From positions 179,366,001 through 179,430,000 of the forward strand of contig NC_042997.1 in the NCBI RefSeq assembly GCF_006345805.1: DNA of 64,000 nucleotides. The letters run 5' to 3'. Under the pieces are notes generated by a model that was not told where the DNA came from, searched no databases, and saw only the letters and a program-made list of their open reading frames with translations. This document shows, piece after piece, positions 39,950 to 53,380 of this stretch. Each line of letters begins with the position of its first letter. The stretch's first letter is position 1. The DNA is from Octopus sinensis. Its lineage: Eukaryota. The position numbers and the translations under genes were made by a program.

Positions 39950-40990
39950 CATTTTAGTCGATTCCGCCACAGTTCTTTCGCCTTACTCCCAGGAAGAAAG
40001 ATGGATGTGACAAATAACCGAATCGTCAAACATGCGACAACGTGAACTGTCAGCAATACTACAACACTGAACGAATGCATGTAGGACGATATCCTCGGTC
40101 TACATGCATCACTTTTTCTCACGGTACTTCTTGAATATCTGTTAAATACCCATCGAGCGTGAATAAATCTTAGATCTACTTTCAGACTGGAGATTTCTCG
40201 AAGTTATCCATAGTCCAGAAGAGAAGTTCTCAGGAGCAACGAATATATCGTAGCTCTTCCAAAATTCTATCACAGTCTTGCTACACTCTTGTAGCATGCT
40301 AAATTGGAAGTCCATTGCGTGAAGCTAGAATGATATAATCACATTCAAGATGCCATTTAACTCACGCTTGACTGAATGTCCCCCCAGAGATATGTGCTGT
40401 AAGAGAAAATGGGGTATCACAACTCCTCACAACGTATGATCACAACTCCTTATCGTTCAAATCTCCGTTTATACTGTCTCTGCAGCTCTCATTATTCATC
40501 GTTAGCTTCGGCACATCAAGCCTATCATGTAGTGGATGTTATTAACCGATGGAATATCTGGTCAATGGATCACTCACCCCACCCTTGCAGAAAAGTGAAA
40601 GAGTTGACTTTTTTGATTTGGTTAAACATAATCTGGGGTATGCTGCGAGGATCAACATTAAGCAAAGAACGGAGACGATGAAAACACCGGTAAATATTCC
40701 CTGAGTAAGCTAGTCATGCTGCTTGCAAGCTGGACACTTTTTTTCAACCTGGCCTTCCGAGGCAAACCAGAGCTTAAGCAGCTTACCCAGTCTGTCATTC
40801 CACTATGCATTGCTGCAGCATGGATATGGCTCTGCAGATGCCGAGCTGTAGTACGCTGATTTTATGATTTACCTTTGCTCCTTTATCGTATTCCCTTAGA
40901 ATGTCATCACTTAGTCCGACCTCTGTACTGTCCGACATCAGCAGAACAATGTCGTCCGCGCAACACGGCAAGGCCCTCTCATAGGATGAT
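39950..40990 (-). mobile_element. Decayed Tx1/L1-type LINE ORF2 fragment (RT domains 5-7 and downstream)
   Basis: Minus strand AVFADDIVLLMSD...REYDKGAKVNHKISVLQLGICR, KLLKLWFASEGQVEK and QHPLHDRLDVPKL resemble Tx1 RT motifs; many stops and frameshifts. Confidence 0.75.
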
Positions 40991-41449
40991 TTCTAAGAGT
41001 TTCAGGTTCCGTAGCAGTGACTAGATAGTCAGAAGATACAGCAAGGATAAGAAAGAATATATTTAACAAACCGAACTTATGATTCAAATCAGTTTTGAAC
41101 ACTTTTTAAACTTACCGTGTTGAAAAAAGTCGCCTCTAGCTCTCAGTAAGCTGACCTTACAGACTGCAGATTTGTGGTTTGTTTAGCGAATCAGCGAAAA
41201 TCATTGACATCTACTGTCTGTGTTCTGTTGGCCGAACAAATATTTTATTTAATTATTTAGGTACGTTACTGTTGATATAATGGGATTCATTAATGTTGAC
41301 ATTTGTGTCTCCCGGAAATTCCATTCTTCCCTGCTATGAATTTAAAACTGTCTGAATCAGTATGCAATGCATTCACAAGTATTCTATAATAAAGAATACC
41401 ATATAAAGCACCAGAAACGATCCTACACACTGGCAGTAATCCCACCTAC

Positions 41450-41675
41450 GAGCGGCGAGCTGGCAGAAACGATAGCACGCCGGGCGAAATGCTTATCAGT
41501 ATTTCGCCTGCCGCTAAGTTCTGAGTTCAAATTCCGCCGAGGTTGCCTTTGCCTTTCATCCTTTCAGGGCCGATTAAATAAGTACCAGTTACGCACTGGA
41601 GTCGATAAAATCGACTTAATCCATTTGTCTGTCCTTGTTTGTCGCCTCTGTCTGTAATCCCTTGTGGGCAGTAAA
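41450..41675 (+). mobile_element. SINE family A monomer
   Basis: gagcggcgagctggcagaaacgatagcacgccgggcg...cccttgtgggcagtaaaaaata. Confidence 0.9.
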
Positions 41676-42439
41676 AAATAAATAATCCCACCGACCTTAC
41701 TCTGTTTGGGGCATAATTGGCCGCAAGTTTTGAGGTAATCTTCTAGCCAATTATGCTTCAAGATGCTTAATGACATACCATTTGGCTCCAGGATCAGCGA
41801 TCATACTCTGAGTTACAAACCTTTCCGTAAGGAACCGCTACCCTGCCGTCTGATATTAACCGATCAAAAGACATGAAAAGACTTTGTTGTACGATCCTGT
41901 TCTGAGGTAGGAGATGAGCCTAAATGCGTCCTGGAAATTGTGGTCTCGATGATGTCTACTAGATCTATAATTAGCGGTATTCATTCTTGAAGCAAGTGAC
42001 CCTGTTTCGAATCTGGACCAAAATTCACGAGCATTTATACAATTTACTCTAATTGTAATCATGGTGATCGTAAAAGTAACTGCCTTAATCATGAATTAGA
42101 AGAGTAATCCGGTCTTCTAGTCAGCAAATACTTCCTTGAAAACCCCCTCCAAAACTGTTTAGCTCCGCTAGTTTGCAGAAGTTTCTAAAGGCACGTAGAA
42201 ATTTATCCATTAGTTACTCATTAAAATATAACAAAAATTTACAATTTGTCTTTCCGTTGATGTTTTGGGGAAGATTTCACGAACGCATGGTTTCAAATTT
42301 TACCACAAGGGCAGCCATTTTGAGGGAGGGGATAAGTCGATTATATCGGTCCCCAGTGTTTCACTGGTACTTAATTCATCGACCCGGTAAAGATGGAGGC
42401 AAAATCTACCACGGTATCACAGCTGCCAAAGTGGAAAGT

Positions 42440-43650
42440 GGCAGTACCAGACGGAATTGAATGCTACTGGCTCAAGTGTGTTAGGTTAACACACAAGAGA
42501 ACTGCGTTGCAATTACACAATTGCCTAGAAAGCGGTGCAGTTTCGGAGTGGACGGTAGATGGAAAGACAACAATGTTAATGAAAGATCTGTCAAAGGGCA
42601 ATGATGTTGCCTATTAGCGACCCAATGCTTATCTTAAAATGTCTATGGAAAGTATTAACAGATATCCTCGCAGGGAATATATATACGTTGCCTGCAGAAA
42701 ACAAGCTACTGCCAGTAGAGCGAAAGGAATTCCGAAAATAATTCAAGGGCACCAATGACCACCTTGTGATAGACAGCGTTATAATGAGGAAGTGTGAAGG
42801 GTACCAAAAAACCTTATGCATGGCCAGGTTAGACTTCAAACAGTCTTATGAAATGTGACTGCATTCGTGGATTTTGAAAACACTCGACATGCATGGAATA
42901 GCTGAGAACGTGTGTGCACTGATTAAGAACAGCATGCTTAGTTGGAAAACACGTCTCTCCTGTAACAACTATCAATTAGCCGAGGTAGCAATCAAAAATG
43001 GTATCTTCCAAGGAGACTCTTCTTCACCTTTGTTATTTGTTATAGCCTTGATCCCACTTCTTGTAGTCCTACGCAAAGTCCACGTGCACTATGATCTGAG
43101 AAAGAATGCACCTTGCATTGTCAGGCAAAACTAAGAAAAATAGTTCTAATTATTCTAATTGATATGTCAGTCCGAACAAGTGACAACTCATCTCGAAAAG
43201 AAACAGAGAAACTTTCAAAATATAAAGATCAGGAAACTGAGATAACCCAGATGTGGGACTTGAAAGCAAGAAATGATCCCTATAATAATCGGTATATTGG
43301 GCAAGGTATGTAAGGTATGTAAGGCGAGCTGGCAGAAACGTTAGCACGCCGGGCGAAATGCATAGCCGTATTTCGTCTGCCGTTACGTTCTGGGTTCAAA
43401 TTCCGCCGAGGTCGACTTTACCTTTCATCCTTTCGGGGTCGATAAATTAAGTACCAGTTACGCAATGGGATCGATATAATCGACTTAATCCGTTTGTCTG
43501 TCCTTGTTTGTCCTCTCTGTGTTTAGCCCCTTGTGGTTAGTAAAGAAATAGGTATATTGAGCAAGGTTAAAAAACGTACAGACAAATGCGTATCCAAAAC
43601 ACCAGGCCTTACGAACATATTTAATAAACAGAAAATAGAATTACTAGACA
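42440..43650 (+). mobile_element. Decayed R4/Dong-like (RLE-type) non-LTR retrotransposon, internally deleted
   Basis: RT motifs GTNDHLVID, LDFKQSY, HSWILKTLDMHG, IKNGIFQGDSSSPLLFVIALIPL, joined directly to RLE C-terminal motifs LIDMSV..KETEKLSKYKDQETEITQMWDLK and, after the SINE, KTPGLTNIFNKQKIELLDTA. Confidence 0.85.
43321..43555 (+). mobile_element. SINE family A monomer nested in the R4-like LINE
   Basis: TSD-like ggtatattg(g/a)gcaaggt at 43291-43307 and 43551-43567; the LINE protein sequence continues after the SINE. Confidence 0.93.
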
Positions 43651-43892
43651 CTGCATAAATGCCGCGTAAAACACTTTTAATGCAGTAAAAATAATAGCAG
43701 CAAAACAAACCACAGTACATACGAAAGGCACAGAAAGCTGGGCTTGGTAGTGCAGTGAAAACACGAAGACTGCTAAATAATATCATTAAAATAAGTGGTG
43801 AGATGAGGTTTTTACACTAAGAAAATAGACAAAATAATATTGATGTTAAAATAATTTGGTAAAGTGTACTCCCTTTCTCTCTCCCCTCCGTT

Positions 43893-44290
43893 TATATATA
43901 TATATACACGAGCAAAACGATCCCGTCCAATGGACGATGCTGAGTTATCAAACATTTAAGCCAAATTTTCTTAAAACAACTTGTCCGACCGTCCCATAGG
44001 TCTCCCCTTTGAGAAAAACTGATTCAACCTAAATTTGAGACACCAGGGAAAGAAGAAATAAAGATAGACTTTTTTTTCTATTCCAAGAAAGAAAATTTTA
44101 CAAATGCACGTTCCCACGGCCTTATCGATCGCATTCTCACCTGGAATCGATGTTTGTAATTTTTTCAAGACTTATACACGCCCTGATACCGTCGGTATCT
44201 ACATATCAAATTTGAGCGCAATCGGATGGAAGATGCCCGAGATCCTAGAAGACACACTCACACAGACAAGACGGATTTTATATAATAGAT
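43893..44290 (+). mobile_element. Non-autonomous Helitron-like element
   Basis: 3' part tatcaaatttgagcgcaatcggatg...acacacagac...ttttatataatagat resembles common Helitron-type non-autonomous ends; no protein evidence. Confidence 0.45.
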
Positions 44291-44784
44291 ATATACATAT
44301 ATATATTACATCATATGTAAACAAACTTGTTTTTGAAGCGCGTATATGTATTGTAGTACAAGTAGAAAGATACAATTCTCAACGCGTAAATACTGATAGA
44401 ACAGTATATATAGGATAATATCCCTTACAGAGAAGAAAATTCTGTCTGTCATGACTGGTTGCTGGCAATTTTTTCTGTTCTGTAAGGATATCATCTCATA
44501 GATTCTGTTCTATCAATATTTAAGCGTTGAAAAATATTTTTCTACTTGTACCATATATATATATATATACACACGTATATTCTGCGATGCAAATAAGGTG
44601 AAATTTACCTACTGTTTCTGCTGTTCTAACGGCAATTCTGCATTCGAAATTTTCCCTCTTATTTGTGTAGTACAATGCACATTTCGAAGCTTATAAAAAC
44701 AACTGTTAGATTGTTTATATTTATATACATGTAGTTGTTCTATTAAATATTCAGCGTCTAAAATTACGGATGAATTTTTTAGCG

Positions 44785-44838
44785 GGCAGTCTAGCCTAAT
44801 GGTAAAGCAAGGATGTGGGTTCGAGTCGCATGGCTGTT
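44785..44838 (+). pseudogene. tRNA-like sequence lacking an anticodon arm
   Basis: GGCAGTC/GGCTGTT can pair as an acceptor stem; A box TAGCCTAATGGTA; T loop GGTTCGAGTC; only about 6 nt lie between the D and T arms. Confidence 0.45.
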
Positions 44839-45002
44839 TGTTAATAATATTTTCCGCTTTTTAAGGGTAATTTGTACGCTATGTCTGCTCTTCTAACGGC
44901 AATTCTGTGTTCGAAAAATGTCACGTTACTTGCATTATACCATAGGCATTTCGACTCACAAAAAAGAAGTGTTAGTTTGTTTATATGCATATACACGTCC
45001 TT

Positions 45003-45041
<39 letters not shown>

Positions 45042-45149
45042 TGCACATATGGTTGTATGCAAATACATACATACTGTTGTTCAGAGTTTCAAGTTACGAA
45101 TATATACTGCACTATCAGCTGCATGTCTGTATTCCTTGGCGGTGTGGCA

Positions 45150-45930
45150 TTGAATTTCTTTACTGCATTAGTTTTCCTTTGTTGAGAGATTTATTTTATT
45201 GTTTCTGGTGTAATGTTAGCGCTTTGCTTTGGCTATTGCTGAGAACTTGTCATATGAAATTCGCTTATTTTTTGTTTCAGATTTCTGTTTTGTATATAAT
45301 CTGCGATTAGCGTTATATGTTTTAGTGTCGAAGAGAATTTCTGTAGTATATATACTATCTATGTTGTTTTAGATTACTGGGCGTTTCTGATGTATATCGT
45401 GACTTGTGGGGCGTGTTATAAATTATGGCATGTATAGGTTATGTAAGTATATATGTTGTTATATACTATTAGGTGTAGATCTGTATATTATATATTGCAA
45501 TATATTTTTAATGGGGTTCTTTAGACTATATGCTTCTGTGAAATGAGCCATTTTAGGAAGCAGTGACTATCAATTGTTTAGGGCATATGTTAAACAGAAA
45601 AAGGATTATATGGGTTGTGCTATTAAAATGGGAAAATTTTGCAAAAAGATCCTTTGGGTTTTTCTGATTAAATCTTTCTTCTTCAGTGTATTTCGTTTCC
45701 TATGTATATCTTAGATTGTTTTTCCTTATATAGAGACAAAAAAGCTTTTGTTTCGTTTTATACATTTTTCCGTATTATATTAGTCAGTTTTCCTATGCTT
45801 ACCTTCAACTATTTTCTTGTTTCAAAGTTTTTACATTCGAACTGCTTCCTATTTGCACACGTTCATGTTGTGTGGACGCCCCCCAGACGATGAAGTAGGC
45901 TAGCCCAATACGTAGATATAGTGGGAGAAG
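45150..45930 (-). mobile_element. Heavily decayed Penelope-like element fragment
   Basis: Minus-strand remnants IFPF**HNPYNP and KRP-NLK resemble the RT-to-GIY-YIG linker; a degenerate gatgaag..ggctagcc..acgtag motif lies near 45895. Confidence 0.3.
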
Positions 45931-47587
45931 TCTAGACGTCAAGAAAGACTAGAGTAGCAGAGTAGCGGTGAGAGTTGAGTAGAAGGTATCCGAAGGTGCG
46001 ACATAACAGTTTTCGACTACATTCTTTAAGGAGATGTATGTTCTATCTATACTAATTTTGTGGAGATAGTTCCAAATACTGAACAATTTTCTTAAATTCA
46101 TTTGATAAACTGTTGCAAGCAAAATATATGGCTGATTGCCACGCATCATTTAGTTAATAAGCATGCATTCACATATATTTGCGTGTATGTGTTTGTGTTA
46201 TATACATCGTATATAACACAAATATACGATGTATATAACACAAATATTAGTGGATTCGTCTCCATAAAAGAAAGAAGAGTAAGAAAGTATATAGTCATTG
46301 AATCAGTTGATTCTCAAATCCAAACTTCTTCCAAACTCACAGCCAGTATTTTATACTCCGGTCTTGCAGGATATGAGATTCGATCCACTGATTCAGGCCA
46401 CTCCTGTTCATCGTAATCAAAATGTTATAAAGCTGATTAGAAGTGTAACTGAGATTTATGGTTATTTCATATATTTTCTATTGAAACTGATTTCGACCTG
46501 AATAATCTGTTAAAATTTCTGTTAGAAAAAAAAGAAGACTTGCTCACTTTTGTTTTGTATAATTAAAGTCAGAAGAATAACATTGTTTCCATAAAGATTT
46601 CAAAGCCCTTCAAGCCTGGAGGATAGTGATAGCAAAGATTCAGGTTAAAAATGTTCAAGGTCATTCTTTAACAGAAAAAAATATTCTCGAGAAAGGAGCG
46701 GTGGAAATATAATGCTGGCAGTGAAATGTTATGCAATGCATGCTGATCGGAGTCAGGAAGACAGGAGAGAGGAGAATGAAAGGTGGGTGAAACAAAGAGG
46801 TTTAGGAAGAGCGCATATACATCAACTTACGCGGATCGATATAAACAGCTTTTAGAAGATGGAAACCATCGGTAGATATTGGTAAAATAGTCGAAGATTA
46901 AACAGTTCGGGATTAAAGTTTGTTTTTCTATTTTCGATCAGATGGAAGGCCTGTTTTTTTTTTCTGTTTTGTGTTGTCCTCAACGCATGGTAAAGAAGAC
47001 TGTTCTATATGTGTGAGTAATGCTGTAGAGTGATCTGTGATTTGTTTAAAGTCATCTTACTTTCGAGTTAATTATTTCTTTTATTTCATGTCCCAGAGCT
47101 ATATTTTCTTAAAAATTCCGATAGCTCATTTGTCCGAAGTATTTAACAGATGGTCTTACAGATAAAAGAAAATCCAGTAAACACACAAAAGAAAAAAAAA
47201 TATCGAAATTTATATGTAATGAAAACGCGGTTCTCGATTATCTGTCGTTCATATTGAAGATTAAAATCTCAGTTTGAGTAGAAATGAGACGAAGAGAATA
47301 GTAAAAAAATATAAAAGAACAATTATCGATCATTCGTTTACAAACACTGTTTTCAAAGCGGCTACCGATTTATTATGTAATGGCTTTCAGTTTTCCTTGA
47401 GCTGAGTACAAAGCTATTTGTTTTTTTGCTTTTAGTTTAGTTCTTTGATTAAATTTTAGACTTCCTCTAACGCATCAGTCTATCTGTTAATCGATCGATT
47501 ATTTTCTCTCTCTGTCTTTCCCTATCGCTTTCTCTACATGTTTATGTTTATATGTATATGAATATGTATGTATATATATATATATAT

Positions 47588-47621
<34 letters not shown>

Positions 47622-47735
47622 CATATACAAATGCATGCATATGTATATACAAACATGCAAAGCATAAATGGATATTTAATTAATATATGTATGTGAAATA
47701 TATAGACATATATCATATGTATGTATGCGTGTGCT

Positions 47736-47785
<50 letters not shown>

Positions 47786-48149
47786 CACGTTGGTATGTTT
47801 AGACGCATATATGCATATATGTATCTCTATGTAGATATGTATATACACATAAAGGCCCACACATGCGCGCGCACACATTACGCTCCTATCTGGAGGACAT
47901 GTCATCACCTGTCATCTATATCGTACCATACGCATCTTACACATTTATCAATTTGTAAACCTGGTCAACATTCTTTGAAACCATTCATGCATGTGCTTAT
48001 CGTGATTCTTTTACTCATCTGTCATCCTACATCTAATATAAAGTTAAATGAAAAGAATATATATATATCAGGATAAGTAGTGTTATTATCAAAAGCGTGC
48101 TTTGTAAATTGGCTTATTCATATTTAATTATTTGTTGTTGACTATATTT

Positions 48150-48930
48150 CATCTCCCGTTATTCTTCATCCATCCGTATGTTCAACGTCCAACGTCTCTG
48201 TTCTCCATTCTTGGAAAACTCGTTGGGGTAGAGTCCTAAGGCATTTCTTACACAGGGTCCGATAAGTAGCAACCGTCATTACGATTTCCAACTGAATTCC
48301 CAAGAACGATCATTTGAGATTATGGATGTTACCCATCATATCCTTGGTGACCCTCTAGTTGGCTTGGCTTGAAGAATCCGTTTTGTGACTTTTTCGAACG
48401 ACATTACATTCACCTGTCCGTAGTACCAGGACTTTGACATCTCAATGCGAAGTGGCGGTTCAGCCTGTGGAGACTCGGTGATGTACGACCTAAGTACCTA
48501 GTCGAGTAATCCAGAGATGTTTCGTGGAACTCCAGTTTGGCCAATTGTATTCCCCATTGTACTCCTTCAGTCATTGCTCAATATTCATGATTATAGGTAA
48601 GAATAGACATGGAAATCAAACTGAAGATGGAAAGTTCGGATCTTTTGCCAACGTCTTCTGAAGATCGAATGTTGAAGCTATTGCATTATTTTGCAAGTAC
48701 CTGCAATTCTAGCATACCAGCTTCTCTTTTCAGTCAGCCGTGAATACGACTCCGAGATACTTAAACTTCTCTACTTGCCTCGCACCGGGAAGATTTCCTT
48801 GAGAGGACCAATGTCTCAGTTTCCACAAACTAATTCTCATTCCTGCTTTGCGGCACTTGATAGCGAACTAATTCAGTGCATGCTGGAGGTCATTTCCCGA
48901 TGAACCAAGCAACATCATGCCGTTTGTTAA
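48150..48930 (-). mobile_element. Decayed RTE-clade LINE 3' fragment
   Basis: Minus strand SSGNDLQHALN*FAIKCRKAGMRIS, RQVEKFKYLGVVFTAD and KRILQAKPTRG. Confidence 0.85.
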
Positions 48931-49822
48931 ATGACAGCTGTCCGACCCTAAATGCACAGACTGTGATTACACTTTCACAACAGCTACTATGTCTATATTA
49001 ATAAATTTACCATTTGAAGCTACTCCGGTTTCTTTTCAGAAATAGTTTATCCATAATATCTTTCTACTTGTACTACAATACAATTTCTGCGCTTCAAAAA
49101 CAAGTTTGTTTACATATGACGTAATATATATATGTATATATCTATTATATAAAACAGTTTAATTTTAAGACGATGTGATTTAATATAAGTGAGATTTCGT
49201 TGTTATTTCTAGCAAAGTGTTCGAGCCTGTTAAATGCGTTTTCGTTTGAATGTTTGTTGTTTTTGTGGGTTTATTGCTTTTAATGATTTACCAAAGGATT
49301 TTAGTTCCCGAATATTGTTCGATTTACATGTGAGAGAAGAGCTTATTGAAGTAGTTTATTTGATATTATTCATATAATAATGCCATAATTTTGGACAAAT
49401 GAATTACACCTCACGCACGAGCAAACATTATAACAAACGCTGTATTAATTATGATTCAGGTGAGTGAGATTAATTATATAAAGCAATATATACGCATATA
49501 TATGTATATAAACGTTCATGTCAGTGTGTGTATACGTGCTCACTCCCCCCCTCTCTCTCTGTCCATATATATATATCTACGCGTAAACATTTAAACTGTT
49601 CCTCAGTCTTATATTGTTTCTCATTATACTAAATGTGAATTATTCATCACAGACCGACATTTGGGAAGTAGGTCGAAATAAAGGCATTTATCATTAGTTA
49701 AATAACGGTATACGACGGGTAGTAAAACGTATGCTATAGCTTCGTTCGGTTATATCAGAGTATTTTCAACAGCAAAATTATGACCAAAATTGTATGAATG
49801 TATGAGACCGAAGAGGGTCTCA

Positions 49823-49888
<66 letters not shown>

Positions 49889-49934
49889 GTATATATGTGT
49901 ATATATATATACATACATACATACGTACATACAT

Positions 49935-50330
49935 ATATGCTGAGATCCCCTTTGGTCATGACCGACCGTGGGATTGCACCTAGAAAGTTACCCTCCCAGG
50001 CACAAGTCCGGGCAAGTTTGTTTATGGAAGACCAGCAGTCGCCCATGCATACAGGCCACCCCTCTCCACGCCACCCCTCTCCACGCCACCCCTCTCCACG
50101 CCACCCCTCTCCACGCCACCCCTCTCCACGCCACCAGTATTACCCATGGGAAAGGCAAAGGCCGATACAGCTTGGCACTTGTGACGTCGCAACTCATTTC
50201 TACAGGTGCGTGAAATGGAGTAAGGTGAAATAAAGTGTCTTGCTCAAGAACAGAACACGCAGTCCGGTCCTAGATTCGAACTCACAACCTCACGATCGTA
50301 AGCTCGACGGTCTAACAACTGAGCCATGCG
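49935..50330 (-). mobile_element. SINE family C, full length, with an internal 15-bp tandem expansion
   Basis: tRNA-like head at about 50270-50330, core gtgttctgttcttgagcaagacacttta, (gccacccctctccac) x5 at about 50056-50130, 3' end abuts (TA)n. Confidence 0.8.
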
Positions 50331-52021
50331 TCTACACACACACACATATACATGTATATGTGTGTGTGTATGTGTATACACTATATGCACATACTTATTC
50401 ATATGTATATGTATGTGCGTGAGTGTCAAGAAATGAGAATATAACGAAACTGTGTTATATTAAGGTGTCAAAATATTTAGATTTTCTCATTCTTCCTTTT
50501 CTTAAGAACGTCTATTCCTTTAAAATAATATACGTATGCACATCCCTGTTACACGATAGTGATTGATCTAACATGACATCCATAATTTGAATGTTTACAT
50601 TAATTGTAGTTAACGTACGACAATTCTGCACATATGGAAATATGCTTCATGAATACAGTTGCCTCGATAAAGGCAAGACATCTACGTAGCGCATCACTAT
50701 GTTCATGTGGAGTGAAACTGACAACCGTGCTAAGATGTATTAACTACTTTCTCAATTCCTTTTACTCATACCTCATTTGACAAGTCTTTCTAATCTTTCA
50801 AAATGCCAGCATTCATAAGTACTTTATATACGGAAGAAGAAAAAAAAATGATCGAATGGAACTTACTGCATATTCCTCATGCATTCAAGCTATAATTTAA
50901 ATTACTCCGACAACTAACAATTGGATATGTCACTTTAGAAAACCGAGAAGATAAATTTCGTTTTATGCCTAAGATTTCTAGTTCCGTATTAATTGTTAAA
51001 ATGATTTAATCAATGGTTGATTTATGTAGGCGTCTTTAAACTTATCTCACGGATCGTTTCAACCTGAAACATTAAGTATATCGACGATGGGGGGGGGGGG
51101 CTTCCCTTTGCAAATACTGATAGGGCACAGAAAGTGTGTCAATAGCCAGGTGGAGAAGATGTTCTTCTGGGGCCACAAGCTACTGTAGCACCCACCCTTA
51201 GTGGTTAGACTCATTTAAGTGGCAAATATGCTTTACATTGTCGTGCAGCTACTGTTTGTAGCACGTTCAGAGATTTATTACTAAGTATATCCTTTATTAT
51301 TCATTTATAAAACATTAAGTTTATAAAATAATACACGTGTTCAGAAGATTGTCAACAGGATAACAGATTAAGTTATATAGGGGGAAATCTTATAATCGGT
51401 TTCATATGATTAGGATGTGAGGAGTTTAAGATAAAAAATGGAAGCAAAATATTTGGTCATACATTGTACAGTTTCTGCAAGTCGTTGAGCTTGTATACAC
51501 GCACGGACGCATGCACACACACACACACACACACACTATATATATACTACATACTTACCCTCAGACCCCGCTCATGTATATTTATGCGAGTGAATATAAT
51601 GATATACAATGCTGTTTCACGGATCTATTTTAACTGATTTTTTTACCAATAAGTTTCGTACACGCGAGCTTTGAGAAAAGAAAACCTAATTATGACACGT
51701 GAAGAAGGCTGGGAGAAAGACTATGGCGTAGGTTATGTTCAACTGCATGTGAAAAAGCGTCATATCCAGTTTGTGGGTGTTATGAAAAACCGAAACAAAA
51801 ATGGATGTGAGAGGATTGCAAAGGGGAATTTCTTGCAGAGTTACGCACCTTCGACGAGGATCAGATAATATCTACACTCTGTAGGGGTAAATGCATAGAG
51901 AAAGAGAGTACGGCAAGAATGCAGGCGGGATGTGATTGATATACGTGGTGGAAAAATATGGGATAGGGACGGGCGATCAATATGAAAAGCGTATGGGCCT
52001 TTAAAGTATTTTTTATGAATG

Positions 52022-52055
<34 letters not shown>

Positions 52056-52102
52056 TTAACAGAAAAAGATAAAAGTAAGGCTGTGAAAGATTTCAGAACA
52101 CT

Positions 52103-52160
<58 letters not shown>

Positions 52161-52419
52161 TAGAGAGAGAGAGAGAGTGATACATTCATGCATGCATGCA
52201 TATATACATACATACATACATACTAACATTCATACATACATATACATCTAAGTCGGCAATTCGTAGAATCGTTAGGCATTTCGTCCATCTTAACATTCTG
52301 AATTCAAATTCCGCTGTGAGCGACTTCCTATTTCGTCCTCTCGTGGTCGATAAACTAAGTGCCAGTCGATGGAATCGACTTATACCCTCCCTAGAATTGA
52401 GTCAAAATTTGAAACCAAG

Positions 52420-52465
<46 letters not shown>

Positions 52466-52599
52466 TATATATATTATATATATATATATAGTTATCTATA
52501 CACGAGTGGTATGTGCCTTTTTCTTACCTTAAAAAAAAATAAAAAAGAATAGAACATGATAAAGAGTGACTAAAGATAACTCCGATGATTTGTTGATGA

Positions 52600-53380
52600 T
52601 AAAGAAATAGATTTAGTCCATGGAATATTGTGAGCATTTATATATTTTGTAAGTAGGCCTAAGCCAAAAAATGAATGGGTGGATGAATATTTGGTGAATA
52701 CAAACATCACTTGAATAAAGGAGAAAAAAGTGACATAAGTACAAAGTTTAGAAAACTTGGACACCAAGCACTATAAACCGTGCAATGAACCTTTGTAGTT
52801 AATCAGCTTGTTAGTACAATGATGTATGCAGAATACAGTATCATGGTAAATTAGTGTTTGTGGTACGACGGCTTTCTGTAGATTTGTTAATGAATTGTAC
52901 AAACTTTAGTAAATGCAACGTAGATAATCGCTTCTTATCGAACAAGTCAATCAAACATGAATTAATTTCTAGATGAAACTAAGAAGCCCTGACTTTGAAA
53001 TGTTATCTTGGTTTTGTTATTGATGCGCGCTTTTTCAAGAAGTACCATAAAAGATTGTAAGATCTGTCATGTGTAAGGTTTGTAAAGGTTTTAATACCAT
53101 TGAAAAATTTCCAAGTGGAGCCTTCTGCCAGAAGAACATATGGTTAACTTCATATTAACATTCTTAATGTAGTTAGCCAAAATATTTTAGTTTTGCGCTG
53201 CTCATTTGTAATGGCTGGTATGTAAGTCGTATTACATGACATATGAAGTTACTGTAACTTACTAAACTGCGTAGACATGAATCAATTGGCTGATTTGATC
53301 AGGGTATTTTTCCATTGATGTTTCTAGGCGGACTGGTAAAAGCTTTCCAGAACGTCGATGGTTTCTACATAAAGATGTTT
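52600..53380 (+). mobile_element. Possible very old R4-like RT fragment
   Basis: Weak colinear motifs across frames: HYKP..LVSTMMY, WFCY*CALFQEVP, FVMA, NQLADLIRVFSID. Confidence 0.3.

Noticed and set aside
45885-45930. Third hammerhead motif
   Set aside because: Both core halves are mutated (acgatga, caatac) and no clear stem I is present; kept only as a possible Penelope remnant.
51671-51868. 65-aa ORF (EEGWEKDYGVGYVQLHVKK)
   Set aside because: Starts at a non-ATG codon, has no recognisable motif and no convincing splice sites.
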